Assembly: GCF_009914755.1 (NCBI RefSeq)
Contig: NC_060928.1
Origin: the human T2T-CHM13v2.0 reference genome, Homo sapiens
Length of the DNA: 64,000 nt
Direction: 5' to 3' (one strand)
This document shows positions 35,729 to 50,718 of this stretch, in pieces (positions within the stretch are counted from its first letter, which is position 1; each line of letters opens with the position of its first letter). The notes below the pieces were generated by a model that did not search any database, was not told where the DNA came from, and saw nothing but the letters and a program-made list of their open reading frames with translations. The position numbers were made by a program, and so were the translations under genes.

Positions 35729-38087
35729 AAAAATCTCTGAATTGCCTTCAAAATGATGTCTCATTTAGAAAACATGATTTTTCATATTTATTCCTGATGC
35801 CACATTAACATTTTTGACTGCTGATGGCCATTAATGTAAACAAGAAAAACATATTTTTTAAATGCAGTGCAATTTACTTAAAAATATTTTGCATTTCTCT
35901 TCCTTACATGTTTACAATATTGAAAGACCCTTTATTTTTAATTTTGTGAGAGAAATAACCAGAAACTTTGAGAAATCCCAACCTTATATGGAAGAACATT
36001 TCTAGATATGTGAAGGAATTGTGTAGAATGTATTTTTTCATACCTATTTGAAAAGAATAGAAATAACTCTGTCTTTTACAATTGCTAGGGAAATAACAGG
36101 TCTGAGAGTTGAGATATGGAGTCAAAAGCAAAGTGAAAGAAAAATGCAGGCAAAAATAACAATCATACACTTTCTACTTATTTGACCTGGGTAGTATCCT
36201 TGGGCCTAGTTTTATTATTAATAAAATGGAAGCAATTATTTCTGCTACATAGACACGTGCTTTAAATATAATAGTCATTATGGAAATGTGTTTTTCACAA
36301 TCATGCAAATTATCATTTTCAATATTAAGTGATATTAAACTTTGTACAACTCCTGGAGATGGTAATATCTGGCAGTTCAGCCTGTGATCTACTCTGTTTT
36401 GAATCATTAATTACCAGTAACTTTTTTCCAGTGTGGTATAATTGATCCATGAGGTAATTAAGTTGATATATTTCATTACCTGTCTGTTTGGATATTATAT
36501 GTATTATCAACCCATGAAATAAGCCATTATTTAGGATTTTAATAAATCTTATATAGCCAAAACTTTAATACATATTTCCATCATAGCTCCCTTTTTAAAT
36601 AATCTGGTTTTCTTCACAAGGTTATGATATTGGTGGTTAAAGATCATGCCTTACTTGTCTTTGTATTTCCTAAAACATTCTGGAGCCTGCCACAAAATAG
36701 GTGCCAATTACATAGCTGTAAAATTAAATAATAACTTCATGAACTATTTAGATAAAATGATATATATTTTAATATATAATGCTAGCAATAACCAATTTGT
36801 TTTTCTTTTAAGGAAATCTAGTAAAACGTTCCAAGACTTCATTGATCTAAAGGACAATGTTAAAAGATAGTATTTATATTATGGGACCAGTTACAAATTC
36901 TTTCTCACTCTTCAGGTCTAAGATGACTTGTGCTACACTGAATTGCAAGCTTCAATGTGTTGTGATATAGAAAGAAACCTGGATTTCATAGCTTTCAAAT
37001 AATACTTTCATAAATTTTTAGCCAATTATCTTTAGCGGTCATCTGCCAAATTTCAGAATGTCAAAGCTCATCAGCGAGCTCATATTTGCTCTCTATAGTG
37101 TCATAGCAATGTTGTAAAGATATTACAATTTTAAAACTTTGCATGGTAATTATAGTAATAAATGCAAAAGTAATCATATAAAATATAAGGAAGAGGAGAA
37201 TGGGCAATAATAAGCTCAAATGTTTTGAACATAATAGCATACATCCTATTTTTTATGCTAGGATACACTGCTTCTGTTGTGAAATAAAATTTGTAGTTTG
37301 CTTAGCAGAGCAGAAAGCAATTCAACATGAATTGATAGAATATTGTAAAAAACATTCTAGCTGGCTAAAACTTCAAGAACCACATATTACCCAAACTGGT
37401 ATATGACCAAAACACTAGAATTTAATGGCTGTATATCATTTTTGTGTTTGTTTTTGTGAAAATTGCCTGAGGTTCTGTAGTTATTCCTATTCCACTTTGA
37501 AATATGGCTCCATTTTCCATCAGAAAAAGCAAAAGATGCTGAATTATGTAATGAACCATGTAGTAAATGAAAAAAGGACCCATTCTTTGAGATTTAGCAA
37601 AAATGCTCTTATCTATATAAATTATTTTCCTGAAAGCGATATTATCACATGAAGACCCAGTGAGTCTCACTCGATTTTCCTAAACAAAATGGGACAGTTT
37701 TCAAAATTTTCTAAGCAAAAAAACCATGATGCTTACTTTATTTTAATCTACCTTTGTTTTCCTTCCTACATCTTCCTTCCTTCCTTCCTTCCTTTTCTAA
37801 AACTGTCTGTCATTTATTTATTTAGTAAGGAGTAAATTCTACTCTAAGAGATTACACTCTGAATTACTAGATATAGTAGCAGTTTTGCTTCAGTGATGTC
37901 AGAATCACCACAGAAATCAGATATTTTTTAAAGTACATACAAATACACACCCCTACACCCACAAACACTCAGAGTCTTACGAAGGTAAATACTGCTGAGA
38001 AAGATGAGCCTTAGTGTTGCTCGGAGCCAGAGGTCTACAGTTTCATGGGCTCAATTCACGTTATATTTACATTACATTTAAGTTTCT

Positions 38088-38804
<717 letters not shown>

Positions 38805-39561
38805 GGTTCCTGTAAGGAGTTTTACTTGAAAATTGGGAACCTAGGTTGATTATTAAGGGATTATTACTCCAGAATAAGAATAGTGGGTTTGTGTGAAAGA
38901 AAGGCATGGAATTAAAGATAATCCTGTTTGTTCTAAAGTAGAGTGGTGGGTAGCACAAATGATGATTGTATCTTTGAGTAAGGAAAGACACACACACTGA
39001 TTATCTAAGACTATTTCTTTTTCGTCTTTTAAAGATAATATTTCATTTTTAAAAAAATTATGTTTAATGCTTATGCCAAACAAATACAAGCAAAAAGAAA
39101 GAAAAAGAGATCATAGAATCTGTACAATGAAGCTGGAGAAGCTATATAAATATATATACACACACACATACATACCTATCTATATATATAGATATTCATT
39201 TTTATTACATCATGAATCAGATTGAGAAAATCCCAGATTTATGTATTGTCAAGGAGGAAAAAGAGTGGTGTCTACTTCCAGCATAATGAGGAACATAAGT
39301 CACTGGACTAAAATAATGCTATAAAAAATTGAATGATAAACTAAAGGCTAAATCTTGCTTATCTCCAGTTCACTGATTTGTTCAAGATTAGAGGACTCTA
39401 TCTGGACCTGTAGGCTTTCTTTTCCTTTCTTTGTGTAAGTAACATTCCTGAAGCATTTTAGCCGCCCATTAGACACAGTATGACTAGCTTGTAAGTCACT
39501 TTTCTTCAGTTCATCTTTACTGAACATCTTCAATATCACAATGTGGTTAAGAGTGCCTCCT

Positions 39562-39872
<311 letters not shown>

Positions 39873-39897
39873 CTAGGTTAAGATGAATATCATTTGA

Positions 39898-40280
<383 letters not shown>

Positions 40281-43200
40281 AAAAATGACTGTTTTAATAT
40301 GTGTCCTGGATTTGGAAATGACGTTAACTTCTTTAGCAGGGCCACTGTTCGTACAAATTGTCAATAAGCTGCAATCATGACTGTTGTTTTTATTTTCATT
40401 CCTTCATTTATTTTCCCTAGCTCAAATGGGTTGTTGAAACATTGCTCAGAAGCAAAGGTCTTTCTGATCAGGTCTTTCACGCTGAAATATTATTACTAAG
40501 GGACTTAAAATTTACTCTGCATCCTATGGTAACTCTTTTATAACCACAATAGTTTTTCTACATTAGCTTCATTGAATGCATAGCCTGGTTTCTTGCTGAG
40601 GTAGAAACCAACCCATTCACAATCAAAATTTGCTTCAAAATAATCATTTTATCCTGACTTAAAAGGAAGGACAACTTCTAATGAAACTCCACGCTGTTTT
40701 CTGGAACACTCCATAGTCTGATTAACTTTGGCCTTCCATACCATTTTGCAGATTAGGATCATAACTAAGGTGAATTAATTGGCAATAAGTCAGTGATAAT
40801 AAACTTCCTTAAATCCTAGTAGAAGAGTATACAAGAAATGCAAAATCTAAAATATAATCCAGAATATTATTTTACAGTAATATCACTGAAGCTATTAAAC
40901 CTTATATCAATGTACCCATTAATGTTTTTAGTATAATAAATATTAAGTGGCATTTCCTTTTGGTCTTTATAACTCATTTTAAGATAAAGTTTTACTTTCT
41001 ATTATTTCATATATTGCCTTGACTGCTTGATCCTTTTGTGAATGTAGGTGGTGTATGTATGTCTCTCTGTGTGTATGTGTGTGTGTGTCCAAGAGTAGAC
41101 CTATCATTATCAAAAAGCCAGCAGCACTAAAGGATTGAATCGGTGACCCGAAGGTTAAATTCCACAGCGGTAATCACTAAGCTGTTCTCCATTATAGTTG
41201 TAATAAAAAGACTGGGACTGCTGACATCTGGTACCTCCTCATCTAAAACCTTTTAAACTGTTTGAGAAAAAAAAGCTTTTATTCAAGTGAAAAAAAAATC
41301 CTCTAGGTGTGTGTTACTTAAAGATCTGGAAATTTCCTGTAAGATACACTGTCAAAGATGGTCAGAACACATCTGTACTAGAGTAAAATGTTAAATCGCA
41401 CTTTTTCAACTTTGCACTCTTTTTCTTGACCTATATAAAGAGCATAATGAGGGCACATGTAGAACAATACAGTATCACACTTTTTAATATTCCCTCATAA
41501 AATGAACATATTTTGCTGATTATCAATATCCTAATTCAAAATGACTAAAAGATAAGACCAAGTATATTAATTAAATGTTATGAGCCATAATTTATAAGCA
41601 ATGACTTTTTCTTATATATTTAAACAATTTAAGTAAACTATTCCTTGTATCCTTATGTACTTAATTTCAAAAATACTTTAATAAGAATAAATTTGCCAAG
41701 TGGATTTACATATACTAGATATTGTCAGCAAACAATAAATAATGAAAGTTGCAATGCATTTCTCAGTTGTAGCTTTACAAGTATTTATTAAAATGAATTA
41801 TTTTTACTATTAATATGCTGTAAGGATTTGCTACCTTTAGAAAATTTTCCAAAAAAAATCGAAGATGTAGAATAGTACAATTAATAATCAAAAAGTAAAA
41901 TTTCTCTAAAAAGATACATAATTGTACAGGTTTTAAGGACTATTCTTTCATTTTCCCAAGGGAGACTAAAGATTTACACACACTCTCACTGGGTGTTTTC
42001 AAGTAACAGCACAGATGCCAAAACAAATAAATAAACACCATCAAAAAAGCTACGTATTGCCCTGGAAGAATACACTAGAGTTTGAGGGGCAAAAAATATA
42101 CATGCTAAAATTACTTAGGACCACTGACATAAGCAAATAATGAACAAATGCCAAATAGAGTATGGTCAAACGGAGGAAATAATTTAACTCTTTGCTGTTT
42201 GTGGAATACGTACTCAAATGATGTCTGCAGTTTGGATACTATTTATTACTTTAAATGTTTAACTTTATTATTGCATAAAGATTATATAGATATTTGGACA
42301 TAATATCAATCTTGTCCTCAGAGAGCTGTCATCAAAGAATTATAGAAAGTTTACTTAATTTGATACTAAAAGATCAGAGTTTCCTTTTTGGTTTTGCTCA
42401 TTACTCATTTTGATATCTAAGCAAATTGAACAATTCTTTGAGTTAGTATTAAAACAATTACTGTTAATATAATTAAATTTAAAAATAGTATTAAAAACTA
42501 AAAATGACCCGTTCCTCATGGGGTCATTGTAGATAGAAAATGAGATTTATATAAAAGCTTCTTGTAAATTGAGGCAGTCTGTTTACTTAAGAGCTAATAT
42601 GAGCTTGTGTTTAAATAATTACATTAGAAAGTAAGACATGCTTCAAAAGAGTCTTAGTAAAAATGCAATGTAGAGGTAGTCAGGGAGGCAAACACTTTCC
42701 CATTAAAGAAGAAAAGTAAATGCTCCATGGAGAAGGAGCGTTTGAACTGTGCCCTGAAGGATTTCTATTTACATTTAGCTTCAGAGAATGATCACCATTA
42801 GGAAGATTATTCTAGGAGAAAGTTATTCAAATGGCATTTTGAATGAGATAAAGAATTATGGCTTATTTCATATGGGTAGGACAAAATTAGATTTGAAATA
42901 ATATCATGTTCAAAGGGTCGAGGGAGAATCTAGCAAGTACTGGGTGGTGAATTGCATACAAATTTGCATGGCTGAATATAAAGAGGCTTATATTTCTTTA
43001 GAAATAGATTGAGACCGAAAAACTGTAAGCATTTAGAAGGAATTTTTTCTGTTTTTCTCTGTCGAGCAATTTGACAAGCGTTTGCCAAATCAAGGGTAAT
43101 CATAAAGTAAAATATAGTATTCATCATTTGCTTTAATAGAGATATTCAGAAGTCTCACCATACTTGGGAAATATATTGCATAGGTGTAATTAACGAAGAA

Positions 43201-43548
43201 ACACATGAATTCTCTGCTATGTTTATGATAAAGATCAGAGCAAAATGTTTGAGTAGGAGTAAAGAAATAGGGATCATTTAAATGTATGTTTTTAAGACTA
43301 TTTTATCTGGAGTCAATAGATGACCCTAGTGTTGCCTGTCCTATTTGGTCAATTCATAACCCTCCTCCCTCATGCTACATTCTCATTAAATTTACCATAA
43401 GGTTTGCCCTGAAAGGCATTAGGTGCTTGCTTCCCTAGCCACAATTAGGCAATTGGACACATTTCAATATTATTCGTGTATTAGTACTCCTCTCACTCAC
43501 TTTCAGTTATTTGCTTACAATGGCCACTTCCTCATTAGAAGGTTACGT

Positions 43549-44063
43549 TGTAGGCCACAGCAGATCAGTTGTACTTCCAGTTCCTCTTTGCAGCATTTGT
43601 TAAGATAAGCAGCCTAATATCCTTTCAAGAGAGAACTTGTCAATCAGCCGGGAGGAGTGCAGTTAGCTGACATTGTCCACCTGCTGGCCTTCAAGTTCTA
43701 ACAAAGTATTTGAGCTGAGGCCACTCATGCTTTTTCCAGGCAGCCTATAGGAAATGGCTGACGACAATGGGGATGCTGGAGCCTGACCATTTCTGCCGAC
43801 TGTGATTCCTCTATGGGCGCTCCTTTTGCTGAAGCTCCCGTTTGGGCTTGTGAAGAATCTCTAAGAGCTGCATCCCAGAATGAGGCTTTTTCTGCCAATC
43901 TTTCTTCTTTCTCTGTTCACATGGGTGTCAACTGTGCCATGGTCTAAAGGTCTTTTCTGTCCTGCCAACTCTTTCTCCCTGTCCTGTCTTCCATAAGTAT
44001 TTCCCTCAATAAGTCTATTGCAATTCTAGTTCCATGTTGGCAACTCAAGAACAGATTGACACA
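43549..44063 (+). mobile_element. ERVL solo LTR (LTR16-family-like) inserted in an L2 remnant
   Basis: TG..CA ends. TTGAGCTGAGGCCAC..CCATTTCTGCC..GCTCCCGTTTGGGCT..GAGCTGCATC..CCCTCAATAAGTCTATTGCA. Right flank continues as an L2 tail (GAATAAATGGATGGATGGAT). Confidence 0.65.
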
Positions 44064-47059
44064 ATGTCAGAATTCCTAATAATCAGAAGTTCTCAAAACT
44101 ATCTGTGGAATAAATGGATGGATGGATAGTGCATGGATGAGGAGAATTGCTAGAAGTAAGAGTGAAGTTTTAAATGTAAGAAGTAAGAAGACAAACTTTA
44201 CTTACTTTCTAAATTTTTACAATAATGCAATCCATTAAAAATAACCAGTCCCTGTCATCACTAATGTTCTACCATCTGTTTTTGAAGGAAAGGCGGGAAA
44301 ATAATTGGTAACATGAAATATTATAAAAAATGATAATATATATAATTACATGTATTATATGTAATTTCCCAATACTTCTTGCAAATGATAGCATACATAT
44401 ATATGTGTCACATATCATGAAATATAATTTAATTTATACAACAAATCAAGAAGGAAATTAAAACTCAGGATGTTTAATTAACAAAGTGATGTAGCTAGCA
44501 AGTGGAAATGATGGAATTTTATCTTTTCTTTGATCCCAAAGATTCAAGGGCTAGCCTCTTAATGGAACATTTTGATGCTTTATGCTTTAAGTTGAGAATT
44601 AACTATAACAAAGAGAATATTAGGTTATAATTATGTCTATAGGTGTCAACTTTCATTCACCTGACTACATGGATTTTCTCTACTAAAACAAATTGTAGTG
44701 ACAAGTGATCTCATTTTCCTGTTTTGCAGCTAATAATACTTGAGTCATTTCATTCAGTGCTAGGGTATTTCTGGAACTTTACTTCCTACTTATAATGTTT
44801 CTATAATGTGATAAATGTTGATTTTATCATATTTCCACTTCGAATATCCCAATATATATTTTTTAAAAACACCCAGCATTTATTTTGGAATACTACATCT
44901 CCAACACAAACACTGTGGAATTAAAGGACAATGTGATGGATGGTGGTTGTCTCTAAGTAAAAGAGTCTGAGTTAACGTAATTACACAAATGTTTATTTTA
45001 TTACATCTTGTATGTACTGAATTTTTGAACAGATGCAATAAACAGTCAATTACTTCAGTGATGGGTAATACCAAATAGTAACTAGAACTAAATCTGAACT
45101 GTATTCCCCAAAACAGACTTTCGAAAGTAAAGGCAGTAGTTTTGTCTAGCTACCATTTTTCAATTAATCATATCCTAATTGACTTAGTAAGAAATGTGTT
45201 GGTTGTCTAACTCTTTTAGAATTATCTTACCAGAGCTGCCAGGAAAACCAATGTGCTCTTCCCTGTCACACAAATGCTTGCTAAATCAATAAGTCAGTAA
45301 ATGTAAGTTTGCTGATGACATAAATGTGTCCATTTTTTCCATGTTGTTTTAGACAAACACTTAAAATATGGAGAGATAAATTGGTTTAAAAATGCTAGAG
45401 ACTGGTGCATTCATTTTCAGAAGCAATTCCTTTTTCCTGCCTCTGATTATATTTGACTTTAAAAATAGCAAAAGTCAATTGAGTGCCCTGATAATAAGGG
45501 GATGTTTGCTGATTACAAACAAGAGATACCAGTTTTGTCTGTTTTTGTGCATAGCACACTATCTATCTCTACATACCCCCCCTTAAATTTGATAATTTTC
45601 TATTTCTTCAAAATAGTCACAGATGGTGGCAGGCAATTACATGATAGTAGACTTTTCTGAGCAAAGTCTTGGAATGCCAGGCCTTACCACTGATGTGCTG
45701 AGTGATTCACCTTGAAGGGCCATTTTATTTGATGTTCTGTGACCCAGAGACTTGACAAGGCTACATTTCCCAGAGAGTCTCATGGCACCAGGAATCTGTC
45801 ATTCCATGGTAGCAGTAAGCTGGCCTCTACTACAGTAAGTTGTATTAGCTCTCTTTTTTGAAAGTTATTTTATGAAAGTAAAAACATTATTGCTCACAGA
45901 AGAAAGATATTTTCAAGTCTAAGTTTTATCTAGTTATGGATCTATGTATTTTAAGAAAGTTAAGTCAGAGAACATGATTAAAATCAATGTTAAATTAATT
46001 TATTGTGAGCAGGCTGATCTGGATAAGTGAATTCATCAATAGTGATGAATGATATCAATATTGACAATATAAATGTGTTATGCTTTAATCTTTCTCTCTG
46101 GAGTGTGCATGCAAAACCATGCTTATTAGAGGTGATTTTGCTTACAACAACAGATTCATTTCCATAAACAATTCCAGGGAGCTACTGAGTATTTTAAAAT
46201 GGTGGAATAAATTGATTAAACAAAAGAAAAATGGGGACATTTTATTGCAATATAGTTAAGAATTTCCCAAAGTAGTTTATGATAGATGTATTTTAAAGAA
46301 ATAAAATCATTTACTTAATTAACTTAATTAAGTACACTATTGCACTTGCCTGCTAAAGGGCTGACAACAACCAGGTAAGTAATGCTTTTGCCCTTTCTTG
46401 AACATAAAATCTGGATGCAGAATCATTATGTACGTGAAATTGCCAAAAACAGACATAAAGCTACTTCAGTTTACCTGCTAAAGTTTACTTTATTTTGAAC
46501 TGATCAGGGAGGGCTTTAAAGAAAGGGTAGTTGATAAATTGAGATGGAGATAGATAGATAGATACAGATGTAGATATAGACATAGATATTTCCTGATTTG
46601 TAAATTTTCACTCAAAATTTTAAAACACCGTGTAAGCTGTGTGTGCATACGTACACGTGTACATACATATACATGCATAAAAATGGGTGCAGAACCAGAT
46701 ATAAGATTAAAAGGTACTATGAAAAAAAATCCAAAGTTTACATTCTTTTCCCTGGCTCATTGTTTCCCTATGGCAAAGTAGGACCAATGCTACCAAAGAC
46801 TGATTTTCTTAAAGTCATACACCCACAATTAGCTAGGTGTCACCTATAAGCTACAACTGTAGTCATCTCTATAGTTTCTTCAATATTCAGTTAAGAGATA
46901 ATTGAATAATAATTGTTATTTAAAAATCTGACTTGCATGGAAAACTAGCTTCAACATTGGAAAACTCATTTACAGAGGATATTGACAGTTCAGGCTATAA
47001 ATCTGTGGAAGGAGTTTACATTAATTTGCAGTTTGGTTTAGATGAGAAGAAATTTGGAC

Positions 47060-47275
47060 AGTAAGAGCCAGAAGAGGCCTGGCTGCAGATCCCAGCTCTA
47101 CCTAGGATCCTAGACTTTGACCTTGAAAAATCTATTTAACCTCTCATCCCCTCATATACACAATGGAATTAATAATAGCAGCTATCTCTCAGGTTTGTTC
47201 TAAGTTTAAATGGATTAATATTAAGATTTAGAATAGTTTCTGTATCCAACATGTCAGGCTCTACATGTTTTTATA
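47060..47275 (+). mobile_element. MIR element
   Basis: GAGCCAGAAGAGGCCTGG..ATCCCAGCTCTACC..TGACCTTGAAAAATCTATTTAACCTCTC..AATGGAATTAATAATAG. Confidence 0.75.
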
Positions 47276-49703
47276 AAATAAAAATACATCTCAGGACCCT
47301 TGATGCCAGTGTAGACATCATGAATCTTCAACAGGGGTATGGGTGCACACAATTCTTTAAGCTTAGTTGTCCATACAGTATATTTTTGGATTACTTGATC
47401 ATGAGTCACAAGTGTTCTCTTGCACAAGTTTGCAAAATGCTAGGGAAGTGGATGAACCAAGATTCCCTTTCAGTTTTCTTCCAAAGTTGACACACCAGAA
47501 ACCTGTGACAACAAAAGTTGCAAAGAGACACCACTGAAGGAATGTGATCCAGTATCAAGTGAGTAGCAACAGATGCTTCCAGATGCTTATCACTTTTTCA
47601 CCACTAGTGAATTTGTCTTTCTAATCTGTGTGTGTTTATTTAATTAAGAATTCTTGACACCAAGATTCTTATAGCAGACCTACTTATGAATGTCCAAAAA
47701 TTAAAATATCAAATAGGACATTATCTCAGACAAGGTAAAGTTTCTACGTATGTGGTCATCACAGGTAATCTCTGCAATGACCCTTTCTTTCCCATGCATA
47801 CTCAAGTGGCACAAAATATTTCAAAGCATGAATATCCAATGAATATCTAATGAATGGTTAGTATTTGCTAACGGAACTCACTATATACACATATCCTATA
47901 TATCTTGTAATAAAAATAAAAAGAAATTATTACAGAACACACATAATATAAGCAATGAGGAACACACAAAGAGTATGTGTCTCATAAGATGAATTTATTT
48001 ATATTTTGACAACTTGGTTGAGGCAGCACTCTTCTGCGATTTCAATTTTGAAGAGACAGGAAAGGTTTAATGAATAATTTTGATTTGCTGAATTTTGAAA
48101 AAAAAAAGTGTTGTGATTTAGATAGGCAGAATACTTAAGAGAATCAAGTACATTAAAGAGAACCAAATTACAAAGGTGGAAAAAAATAAAGAGGTATGGA
48201 GAAAAGTATCGATAAACAACTTGTCCTGAAGAGGAGTGTTTATATCGAATTGAAGATAAACTTGGTGTTATAAGTAGCATTAGAACACAGGTTCGACATC
48301 CATATTAACTTGTTCAATAAATATTTATAGTTTTGTGTATCTCCTTGTGTTTAAGACATTATGCTGGGAATTGTGTAAAATGTAACCATCAGTTCTTTGA
48401 AATCCAAGAATTATATTTTTCTCGACATCCCCTAAAACTCCCAATAATTTTTGTCAAATTTACCTTGAGGTGGAAGAATCAGATTCATTATTGTTACTGT
48501 ATTTAAATCATGAATGCTTTATGTTCTGATTAGGTTTGATTTATGAAAGTGGGTGAGGAACAAAAATAAAAGAGTAGAGCAAAATTGTCATGTATTTTAT
48601 TTAGACAGTCTTTGGTCAAGATTTCAGTGACACAGAACACTTGTTCTTCATCAACATTAGGTTCATTGTCTTCATGCTGTCTAGTGACAACAGCCATATT
48701 TCATTGTTACACTTACCTTTGGAACACTGCTCACTAGGCATTACTCTGCAAGTGAGATTGTCTTACCTTTTGGGATTAGTACTAGTGTCTCAATTTGTTT
48801 CTTCATAGGGTGTCAAAAATCCTAAATAGTGAGAAAGGGCAAAGAGTACTTTCATGTATTAGCCTTGTTTTGTGCTGCTGTTTTTCTTTTTGGCAAGTAA
48901 TTTAGATGATATTGGTAGCATAGCCATACAATTTTGGCTAGTTGGATTCAAGAATCAACCAAATTTTTCATTGTCTGCATTTAAGATTTAGCCAGATTGT
49001 CATTTAGAATATATGATTATGTTATTTTCTCATGAGCCATATGTAAGTACAGTAAGTTAAGAAGTATATCTCTCCCTCATCTGATAATTTCAAAGAGATA
49101 ATTGTCAGACTCAATGAAAACATGGACATCAGAAATACTAGGACTGGGAGATTCTACACTATGAGAAGATAATACTGTGCTGTCTTTGACAGGAGTGTGC
49201 AGAACAATTTAGAAGGAAGCAAAAGCTATTACTTGTAGATAAGGGATAAAAGTTGCTGTTAATAACTTGGCATATGCCAGTTTCTCCTAAACCAAATTTT
49301 ATAACTGATAACCACCATTACAGATGGTCAAATAAGTGGTTACTTTACTTAACAGTCCATGGATCTGCTGAGTCTTGCTGAGCTGAGGTAGGTGATTAAC
49401 ATTTAAAGACCCTTTCACTTGTCTTATTAAAATATATGCTGTCCCAGGAATGAGAATTATTTCAGTATAAAGTTTTCAGCTACTGGCTTTCATGGACCAA
49501 TCTTTAGTTCTACATTTAATGTAGAAACTGGAAAAGATTTTAAGAGTGTGGGAAAAAGAAGTACAATGAATTAGGTGTCACGACATTTACTATTAACCTA
49601 ACTCTGTCATTAACCAGCTTTGTGACCTTGGATGTGTTCTTTAACAAAACTGGACTTCGGTGCCCTTATGTATAAACAGAAGAAACTATACAATGTATCA
49701 TTT

Positions 49704-50023
<320 letters not shown>

Positions 50024-50655
50024 ATAATGTGTCATTTTTAACTCTAAAACTATATGGCATGTCTGTTTCAGGCTGGACTGAAACTGACTAACCAACCAAC
50101 CTAACGTAATTGGGGCTTAGAGGCACGCATTGGCTTTTGAAACCCGTGGATTATCTAGAAATCAATTGGTCATATATACCAATTGGCCCATGGTTAAAGG
50201 CAAAGGCCCAGACACAAGTCTCCAGTATAACATATCCAAGGATCCCCAAATTCTCAAAAGTGTCCCCAGAGTAGCCATTGCCTGGAATGCTGCTTGGAGA
50301 ATTTATTAATCTCAGAGCAGAGCAAAACCTAAATTATGAAACAAACTATTGAAGAACTAAGAAAAGAACTAATTTTCTCAATAAATGTTCACTTTCTAAG
50401 GCCCACAAAAATTGAAAATTATAATACATTTTCAGAGAACTATAAATGAGAAAGAGTTAAGTGAAAATTAAGTAGTCACTTTTTTTAATCCATGTGAAAT
50501 GAACATTTCTCTTTCAGAGAATGCCTCTGCTTGAATCAAGTTTCTATGCTTCTGTTTATATTGCAAGCAACAAAACCAAACATAATAAAAGGAAAAAGAA
50601 GGAAAAGATGAAGGAAGGAGTAAGCCAGAGGAAACAAGGAAGAAGGGAGGGAAAG

Positions 50656-50669
50656 ACACACACACACAC

Positions 50670-50706
<37 letters not shown>

Positions 50707-50718
50707 GAGAGAGAGAGA
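50656..50718. repeat. Compound (CA)n(GA)n microsatellite
   Basis: Directly visible. Confidence 0.95.

Noticed and set aside
49508-49526. 9-bp-arm palindrome TTCTACATT-T-AATGTAGAA, and a similar short hairpin near 60847-60869
   Set aside because: The arms are short enough to occur by chance in 64 kb of AT-rich sequence.
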